Origin: Candidatus Bathyarchaeum sp.
Lineage (GTDB): Archaea; Thermoproteota; Bathyarchaeia; Bathyarchaeales; Bathyarchaeaceae
Direction of reading: 5' to 3'
NCBI GenBank assembly: GCA_026014495.1
Contig: JAOZIF010000010.1
Span: 1-13,016, forward strand
Length of the DNA: 13,016 bases
Numbering within the stretch: position 1 is the first letter of the stretch; each line of letters opens with the position of its first letter. A program made the translations under genes and the position numbers. This document shows, in pieces, positions 7,385-13,016 of this stretch. A model generated the notes under the pieces. The model did no database searches, was not told the origin of the DNA, and worked only from the letters and a program-made list of their open reading frames with translations.

Positions 7385-7637
7385 GTAATGACCTCCACAT
7401 GCAACGCACCCCACAGCGTTTCTTCTTTAAAAATGTTTATCAACAAATCGTATGAAAACAAATGCTCGTATACAAAACGAAAAACACATACACAAACACG
7501 AAAGTAAACCGTGGGGGCGTATCGAAAAAGTGAAAGCTACTGCAATTTTTGGTGCTTCTGAAAGCTAGCCATATTTTGAATCATCATGTGTTTGTGCGAA
7601 TACACTATTAAGCTGCGAATTAGGTATTTGACTTGAA

Positions 7638-7832
7638 ATGCAACCTAATCAGCAGAGGCGTCACATCAAACAAGGTATCCGTGTACAAATAGTTTTGAAG
7701 CAGCACCAGCGGAGCGGTAAGTTAACTGTGGGTATAGTTAAGGATATTCTCACTAGTAGTTCAACTCATCCTCACGGCATCAAGGTGCGACTTACAGACG
7801 GCAAAGTTGGCAGAGTACAATCAATAATCTAG
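7638..7832 (+). CDS. ywbE: YwbE family (DUF2196) protein
   Basis: R..IK.G..V.IVLK..QRSGKLT.G.VKDILT.S..HPHGIKVRL..G.VGRVQ.I matches the family pattern. The stop overlaps the dph6 stop (CTAG, 7829-7832). Confidence 0.9.
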   Translation: MQPNQQRRHIKQGIRVQIVLKQHQRSGKLTVGIVKDILTSSSTHPHGIKVRLTDGKVGRVQSII

Positions 7833-8539
7833 TTGCTTGGTTGACGTGTGCACGTGTTTGTATCCTCTTTTTTGTCTACAAGTTTTGCCTTTTTGATTGT
7901 AAGGACGCCGCTGTTGTTTTCGTAGTTGCTTTCTGCTTGGACTATTTCGATGCGTTTTTTGAATATTGGTGCATCCAGAACTAGGGATTCGTATTCGCCG
8001 CCCTCGCCTACCAAAGAAATCTGATATTTTTCATGGAGTTTCACAAGTTTTTCTAGTGTTTTAGTGGTGATCTGTTGGCCTAGCCAAGTTTGGTCTAAGC
8101 CGTAAGCGTAAACTCCCACGAGTATAACCTTGAATTTGAGGTCAAGCAGTTCTTTCATTATGTCTAGTGGGTCTTGCTGCCAAAGTGGAGCAACAGATTT
8201 GATGCCAAGCTCGTTGCATAGTTTGTCTATTCTTTCTTTTTGATAAGTTGATGCTATTGCTCCGGTCACAACTCCGTCCACGTCAAGGGAAGCAAGCAAC
8301 TTTTTGAGGTCGTCTAATTCTTTTTCTTTTATTCCAGACGTTTCAGCCTTCACAAGCGGAATCTCAAGTGCCTTAGAAACGTAGTCTGTCAGGTGTATGT
8401 TTGGAAAATGGAACATGTAACTGTCGGAACGGTTGGATACCATTGTAGCTAAAACCTTGATTTCATGTCCCATCTGCTGCGCTCTATAAAGAGCCAAAAC
8501 TGAATCCTTTCCGCCGCTAACCAAAGCAGCTAACCGCAT
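7829..8539 (-). CDS. dph6: Diphthine--ammonia ligase (Dph6 / MJ0570-type ATPase)
   Basis: L.SGGKDS PP-loop, SYMFH.PN, GAI.S.YQ..R, PLW, GEGGEYES.VLDAPIF. Confidence 0.92.
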   Translation of the reverse strand: MRLAALVSGGKDSVLALYRAQQMGHEIKVLATMVSNRSDSYMFHFPNIHLTDYVSKALEIPLVKAETSGIKEKELDDLKKLLASLDVDGVVTGAIASTYQKERIDKLCNELGIKSVAPLWQQDPLDIMKELLDLKFKVILVGVYAYGLDQTWLGQQITTKTLEKLVKLHEKYQISLVGEGGEYESLVLDAPIFKKRIEIVQAESNYENNSGVLTIKKAKLVDKKEDTNTCTRQPSN

Positions 8540-8577
8540 ATTCTAAACACTCGTGTGTGTCGACTCAAGGGCATGTT

Positions 8578-9930
8578 TTACAGGTTTTTGGCGTTCTCAA
8601 ACACCTGATTAACCTTTGTTTCCCAATCATTCAAGCCTTCAGGGGAAGACGGATAGTTACGATACAATTCCTTAACTTCTTTCATGAGCTTGGCTGTTGT
8701 ATTCAACTTTTTCAGAAGCGATAAACATCCAAGTCCTTTGAATAGCCTACCTGTTTTTTCAGTTATGTTAAGTTTCAAATCTTCGCCCATGCTTGTCTTA
8801 AGAAGGTCATCGTCAGTGATTAGATGGTGGCTCATACCATAATTCATTTCTTCGTTATTCAATCTTTGAAGAAGCATACGGAAAATGTCAAGTCCCGCCT
8901 GTTTAGCGCCATACGCTTCCATGAACATGCCCGTGTAAGACCAAAATGCTTCTCGGCTCACATCATCATTCTTTATTGCGTCTATAATGACATTTGCAGC
9001 TTTTACTCCACCCATCATGGAAGAGCCAATACCGCCCCCATGAATCGGATTAACTTGGCAAGCAGCATCGCCAATAATAATTATTCCATTTCCAACCATT
9101 GGGCTTATTGGCCTTCGTGTTGGAACAAGACCCCCACCACCAGTCAAAACCTTTGAATCCTTGAACATTGGCATAGACAAAATCAGTTCATTGTACAAAT
9201 CTTTTGGATTCGGGAAACCCTCTGTCATAGCTACGCCTAAGCCCACATTTATTGTGGTTGGACTTTTGGGAAAAATCCAGTAGTATCCTCCAGGAACACG
9301 TTTCAGGTCAAGGTAAATTTTGCAGAATCCAGGCTCATCAATTGGCTCTTTTATTTCGCGAATTTCTCGATAACAAACCTCTACATCTTCATCTTTTACC
9401 TCGTTTTCAATGCCAAATTCTGCAGGAAGCTTCTTTCGAAGAACTGCTGCATGTCCACTTGCATCCACAACAACTTTGGAAGAAAGCTCCCTTTTTTCTT
9501 CTGTCTTTAGGTCTTTAACCGAAACGCCAACAACATACCTATTTTTTATAAGCGGTTCTGTGACAACGGTTTTGTCAATCAAGATTACCCCCGCGTTCTT
9601 TGCCTCTTTTACTAGTCTTTGACCAAAGAGTAATCGGTTAACCAAGTATCCGTGGACGCCTTCTCCTTTGACGTTGACTTCGGTTTGCATGTCGGGGGAG
9701 TAAACTTTGATGCCTTCGATTATTTGGTCAAGTTCTGGTCCTGATGGATGTGCTATTCCTATGTTGTCAAAGTGATGTTTTCCTATAGCGTCTCCGCAGA
9801 CTTTGTCTCCTATATTCTGTTCTTCTTTACGGTCTATCATGCAGACCTTAAGTCCTGCTTTAGCAAGAGTTTTAGCGGTTAGGCATCCGCCTGTTCCTGC
9901 GCCAACAACTATAACGTCAAATTTCTCCAA
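8578..9930 (-). CDS. Geranylgeranyl reductase family (digeranylgeranylglycerophospholipid reductase-like), FAD-dependent
   Basis: DVIVVGAGTGG Rossmann motif, VCGDA, PGGYYWIFPK (PxxYxWxFP), GDAACQVNPIHGGGI. Start placed at TTG 9930 because GGAGAG lies 7 nt upstream; the ORF track starts at 9945. Confidence 0.92.
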   Translation of the reverse strand: MEKFDVIVVGAGTGGCLTAKTLAKAGLKVCMIDRKEEQNIGDKVCGDAIGKHHFDNIGIAHPSGPELDQIIEGIKVYSPDMQTEVNVKGEGVHGYLVNRLLFGQRLVKEAKNAGVILIDKTVVTEPLIKNRYVVGVSVKDLKTEEKRELSSKVVVDASGHAAVLRKKLPAEFGIENEVKDEDVEVCYREIREIKEPIDEPGFCKIYLDLKRVPGGYYWIFPKSPTTINVGLGVAMTEGFPNPKDLYNELILSMPMFKDSKVLTGGGGLVPTRRPISPMVGNGIIIIGDAACQVNPIHGGGIGSSMMGGVKAANVIIDAIKNDDVSREAFWSYTGMFMEAYGAKQAGLDIFRMLLQRLNNEEMNYGMSHHLITDDDLLKTSMGEDLKLNITEKTGRLFKGLGCLSLLKKLNTTAKLMKEVKELYRNYPSSPEGLNDWETKVNQVFENAKNL

Positions 9931-10032
9931 CAGTTTTCTCTCCAATCATTTTATGTTGCCCAAAAAGAGCTTCATAACCTTTACGATACTCCGAGAAAAC
10001 AGGTAAAAGAGTTAATTAAAGTTTGTTCACGG

Positions 10033-10121
10033 CATGTTTGTTTATAACATGGTTTCAATTGACCGTTTTTAGCCGTAGATTAAAGAAAAAAGATGTTAAC
10101 ATGAACGAATCATGTTTTTTT
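10033..10121. repeat. Cluster of CATGTT/AACATG inverted repeats in the GGR upstream region
   Basis: CATGTT-N7-AACATG (10033-10051), ATGTTAACAT (10093-10102), AACATGA-N5-TCATGTT (10098-10116) flanked by oligo-T on both strands. Confidence 0.5.
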
Positions 10122-10153
10122 GTCAAGATTGGTTTCTGGTAGTGGATTTGTGG

Positions 10154-10636
10154 TTATACCCAGTCGTTATAGTTTTGGGTTTCCCACACTTTGGTAATTT
10201 CGATTTGAACTTCTTTTTCGTAGTTGTCTGGATTGTAAAAGTTGATGTACCATACCATGTCCACGTTTTCTTGGTCTACGCTCCATGTGACACTTCCGAC
10301 ATCTTCTGTTTCACAGACCCATCTTTGAATTGTCCCGAATGGCTTTCCATCTATTCGACACGGAAACCATCCAAGTGTATCCTCAAACATCACTGCAGAA
10401 TGTGGCGTCCATTTTATGCTTCCTTCTGAAACCGTCAATTTGACTTCAAATAGTCCCGCAGGCGCAGATAGATAGAATGCCCTAAACTTTGCCTCTTTTC
10501 CCTCGATTGTAAGGGTGTTACTGTAGATTACTTCACGTTTCTCTGTATAAGCAAGGGCATACATTACACTAGCAAGGCTTGAAAGAACCAGCAACAAAGC
10601 AATTAATCCAACCTTGGTTGCTTTTGTTTTTTGCAT
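10154..10636 (-). CDS. Exported or membrane-anchored beta-sandwich protein, possibly GOLD/emp24-like
   Basis: Signal anchor KTKATKVGLIALLLVLSSLASVMYALA, beta-rich body, C-terminal WYINFYNPDNYEKEVQIEI. GTGATG RBS-like element upstream of the ATG. Confidence 0.7.
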   Translation of the reverse strand: MQKTKATKVGLIALLLVLSSLASVMYALAYTEKREVIYSNTLTIEGKEAKFRAFYLSAPAGLFEVKLTVSEGSIKWTPHSAVMFEDTLGWFPCRIDGKPFGTIQRWVCETEDVGSVTWSVDQENVDMVWYINFYNPDNYEKEVQIEITKVWETQNYNDWV

Positions 10637-10809
10637 TATTCATCACATTTGCGCAGTTGTGCAAGAAAAGATATGACTTCTTGTGAGGTGGTTACTGCGA
10701 CAGACAATTAACTTAGCTAACCTTGTTGTGGATGGCACAACAGAAGAACCTAAACTTGTGGCTTACCTGTTAACTAATCAAACGAATTTTTTTGAATCAA
10801 AAAAGGGAG

Positions 10810-11610
10810 CTAACAGGTTTCGTCGCATTTGTCTGTCTTGAATTTGTCCCAGCAATGAACTATGTCGCGCATCAGTTCAGGCTGAAGGTCATAGAACTCG
10901 ACTATTTTTCCTTCAGGGAAGAACATTCTAATATTAACTTCCCTACCAAGTCTGTCCATGGTTAGCATACTTGCTTCGGGTTTCTTTGGGAGTACATCCT
11001 TGTATTTTTCATAAAACTTTTCAATGGTTGGTTTGATGCAATCCTCTACCATCTGCTTGTTTGTCCTGTTTTCAAGGTGAGGGAAACCCATCTTAAATGA
11101 GTAATCAATTATGTCCTTTTTACCCGAATAGTTGATAATCACGCTGTCCAAAACTTTCTTGTTAGGTATCTCAGTCATGGTGTATGTGGGCGTGTAGATT
11201 TTTGTGTAGTTAACCGTTATCTCTTTTACTTCGCCTTCAACATCATCAATCTTCACATAATCTCTGACCATGAACGGCCTAGAAATCATTATGTAAAAAC
11301 CTGCCAAAAAGTTGCCCAGAGTCTGAGTGGACGCAAAACCTATTGCTGTTCCAGTCAAAGTTGAGAAACCAAGAATCCATTCTAGGCCCAAACCGAAGAT
11401 GCCCAGAACTGCAATTACTGCTCCCACGGCAATTATTAGTCTGGCAACTAACTTCAAGACGTTTATTGCGTGGGGTTCCATGCTCACTTTTTTTCCATAT
11501 TTGGATATTGTCCTGCGGATTACCTTATCAAGAACAAAAGCTACAACAACGATAACTATGGTTGCAGTTGCAAGAAATAGGTTGTCAGCGTTTAGATAAG
11601 CAGGAAACAT
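10810..11610 (-). CDS. mscS: Small-conductance mechanosensitive channel (MscS family)
   Basis: Three hydrophobic segments, then GFASTQTLGNFLAG..I...RPF.V.DYVKI....G.V.EI....T.I......IPN. Start placed at ATG 11610 with GGTGA 5 nt upstream; the ORF track starts at GTG 11619. Confidence 0.9.
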   Translation of the reverse strand: MFPAYLNADNLFLATATIVIVVVAFVLDKVIRRTISKYGKKVSMEPHAINVLKLVARLIIAVGAVIAVLGIFGLGLEWILGFSTLTGTAIGFASTQTLGNFLAGFYIMISRPFMVRDYVKIDDVEGEVKEITVNYTKIYTPTYTMTEIPNKKVLDSVIINYSGKKDIIDYSFKMGFPHLENRTNKQMVEDCIKPTIEKFYEKYKDVLPKKPEASMLTMDRLGREVNIRMFFPEGKIVEFYDLQPELMRDIVHCWDKFKTDKCDETC

Positions 11611-11745
11611 GTCATTCACCGTAATGGGAAGTGAGAAAGCAACATGTTGGAAAAAAACCTTTCGATATCATTTGATTTTCTCCAAAGTAAGTAACAGAGA
11701 TAAGAAACTGAAACGATACACTATAATTAACTAAGAGGCGGGGCA

Positions 11746-12066
11746 ATGGCAGATACTTTTCGAGTGAAAAGTTGGCAAGAGTTTAAGGATTTGGCTCATT
11801 CTAAAAATCCCAACTGCGTCGTTTATGTCATCGCACAAAGCGTGCCCTCAAAAGACCATACTGGACTAAAACTCATTTTACCCGTTGAGCGTGCCCAGTA
11901 CATATTCACAGACACCGCTAAAGGAGATGCCATGAGACGAACAGGAATTCCAGTTCGTAACAACAAAAAGGGAAACCATTTCCTCACAGACGAGGACGTA
12001 AAACGTTTCCTTAGAGCAGAACTTCAAATAAAAGACCTGAAAATCTTTTCTTACTGGACTGCATAG
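11746..12066 (+). CDS. Soluble hypothetical protein, 106 aa
   Basis: ATG with upstream GAGGCGGGG and TATAATTA (11722-11729). Globular alpha/beta-like sequence (W.EF..L...P..VVY, L.LILP, TGIPV, FL..EDV..FL). It resembles uncharacterised proteins I associate with Bathyarchaeia; no function assigned. Confidence 0.75.
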   Translation: MADTFRVKSWQEFKDLAHSKNPNCVVYVIAQSVPSKDHTGLKLILPVERAQYIFTDTAKGDAMRRTGIPVRNNKKGNHFLTDEDVKRFLRAELQIKDLKIFSYWTA

Positions 12067-12073
12067 ACCAAAA

Positions 12074-12118
12074 TCAAAAAAAATAAAAAAGGAAGTTGAC
12101 GGGTCTATGTTCGACCCG
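12074..12118 (-). terminator. Terminator of the glnA-RAM-RAM transcript
   Basis: CGGGTC-N7-GACCCG hairpin (12100-12118) followed on the minus strand by TTCCTTTTTTATTTTTTTT. Confidence 0.6.
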
Positions 12119-12162
12119 ACACGGTACTTTTGCATTTTGCTTGGTTTTAAGGACAAATCAGA

Positions 12163-12423
12163 TTACGGTGTGAACATCGACAGCAACGTTTCGGTGTGAA
12201 CTACGTTGGGATGAGCTTCAATCATCTCATAGATGATCTTTGTTAGTTGCTCGGAATTGTCAGCTTCTATTATCGCGACTGCGTCGAACCGTCCCAGAAC
12301 AGAGTTAGCCAATGTTACACCTTTGATCTTCCTCGACTGTACGATCTCCTCTGACGTCCCAGGTCTCATAGTCAAGAGTACGAAAGCCCGTATCTTTTTG
12401 CTGCGGAGATCTTTTGAAGACAC
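12163..12423 (-). CDS. Stand-alone Lrp/AsnC ligand-binding (RAM) domain protein, copy 2
   Basis: RAFVLL...PG, SVLGRFDAVAIIEA, PNVVHTET. 86 aa with no HTH. GTG start with GGAGAG 7 nt upstream. Confidence 0.9.
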   Translation of the reverse strand: MSSKDLRSKKIRAFVLLTMRPGTSEEIVQSRKIKGVTLANSVLGRFDAVAIIEADNSEQLTKIIYEMIEAHPNVVHTETLLSMFTP

Positions 12424-12440
12424 TGTGTTTCTCTCCTTTT

Positions 12441-12671
12441 CTAGAAGAGCGTGATCGCTGTTTCGGTGTGGACGATGTTAGGGTCTTTTTCGATTACTTT
12501 GTAAACGAACTCGTTTAGTGTCTCAAGATCTGGAGCTTCTAAGACAACTATGACGTCGTGTCGCCCATAAACGGAGTCGGCATGCAGAACATTTTGGAAC
12601 CGCATTTTTATGGCTTTAACTACATCTTCAGATGTTCCAGGTCGTGTTTCAATCAATAGGTATGCTTTCAT
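12441..12671 (-). CDS. Stand-alone Lrp/AsnC ligand-binding (RAM) domain protein, copy 1
   Basis: KAYLLI...PG, SVYGRHDVIVVLEA, PNIVHTET. 76 aa with no HTH. ATG 12671 with GAGGTGA 5 nt upstream; the ORF track starts at GTG 12680. Confidence 0.9.
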   Translation of the reverse strand: MKAYLLIETRPGTSEDVVKAIKMRFQNVLHADSVYGRHDVIVVLEAPDLETLNEFVYKVIEKDPNIVHTETAITLF

Positions 12672-12698
12672 GCTATTCACCTCTCTCCATATTCTTTT

Positions 12699-13016
12699 TT
12701 AATAATCTAAGTATTTCATTATTTCCCACGGAGTAACATACAAGCAGTACTGGTTCCAGTCATTTGTCTTGTAGTCTATAAACGCGTCGAATATGTGACT
12801 TCCAAGAGCCTTGTGAACCACTTCGTCACTCTTCATCGACTCTAAAGCATCCTTTAGTGTTGTTGGTAGCTCCTTGATGTTAAGTGCACGTCTGCGTTCA
12901 GGACTTAACTCGTAAACGTCCTCATCCACAGGGTCGCCCGGATCAATCTTCTTCTTTATGCCGTCAAGTCCAGCCATCAAGATACATGACAAAGCCAAGT
13001 ATGAGTTACATGACGG
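12699..13016 (-). CDS. glnA: Glutamine synthetase type I, 3' part; truncated by the window end
   Basis: Frame is open from 13016: PSCNSYLALSCILMAGLDGI..KIDPG.PVD.DVY, LP.TL.DAL, LG......F...K..DW..Y...VT.WE...Y. Confidence 0.96.
   Translation of the reverse strand, partial: PSCNSYLALSCILMAGLDGIKKKIDPGDPVDEDVYELSPERRRALNIKELPTTLKDALESMKSDEVVHKALGSHIFDAFIDYKTNDWNQYCLYVTPWEIMKYLDY

Noticed and set aside
7452-7568. 38-aa plus-strand ORF MKTNARIQNEKHIHKHESKPWGRIEKVKATAIFGASES
   Set aside because: No RBS, and the nearby TTTAAAAA box has its purine-rich BRE on the minus side. It cannot be excluded as leaderless but is unsupported.
9946-9975. Short ORF MKLFLGNIK ending in TGA in frame with the GGR gene (possible Sec or readthrough)
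   Set aside because: The reductase is complete from TTG 9930 with its own RBS. The upstream peptide is not a conserved part of the family and no SECIS is evident.
8824-10006. Plus-strand ORFs antisense to GGR, and other antisense ORFs within rpp30, rpl15e, katA, mscS and the RAM genes
   Set aside because: All are opposite-strand shadows of confidently assigned genes, without start signals or motifs.
10683-10841. 52-aa plus-strand ORF in the spacer, overlapping the mscS 3' end
   Set aside because: No RBS ahead of the GTG (the GAGGTG lies inside the ORF), antisense overlap with mscS, no recognisable motif.
11878-12156. 92-aa minus-strand ORF after RAM-2
   Set aside because: Runs through the terminator (its poly-Phe comes from the oligo-T) and antisense into a better ORF.
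12900-12930. Tyr in the GS loop DEDVYEL as an adenylylation site
   Set aside because: This Tyr-containing loop also occurs in non-adenylylated GSI-alpha enzymes. There is no glnE evidence in the window.
1-13016. CRISPR array, tRNA, rRNA, IS/transposase or integrase
   Set aside because: No regularly spaced repeats, cloverleaf/T-loop motifs, rRNA-length non-coding stretch or recombinase ORF were seen; the largest gap between track ORFs assigned as genes is ~520 nt and contains the small basic ORF.

Overview
Archaeal chromosomal window with no mobile element, CRISPR array, rRNA or tRNA recognised. Archaeal origin is clear from eL15, Pop5/Rpp30, the DGGGPL-type reductase and BRE/TATA promoters. 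Bathyarchaeia is my tentative guess. Left to right: the 3' end of amtB; a 917-aa membrane-anchored surface protein (4 CARDB-like Ig repeats plus a large unnamed C-terminal domain); pop5-rpp30-DUF54-rpl15e (a fragment of the archaeal RNase P/exosome superoperon); a heme catalase; an unannotated 42-aa Lys-rich small ORF with strong RBS and promoter; ywbE; dph6; a geranylgeranyl reductase; a GOLD-like exported protein; mscS; a hypothetical protein; and the 3' end of glnA followed, apparently in one operon, by two tandem HTH-less Lrp/AsnC (RAM-only) genes. The best leads are the glnA-RAM-RAM operon, the structured rpl15e leader (possible rRNA mimic), the missed basic microprotein, the surface-protein C-terminal domain and a perfect 7-1-7 palindrome upstream of the catalase. 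All family calls come from motif recognition, not database searches.
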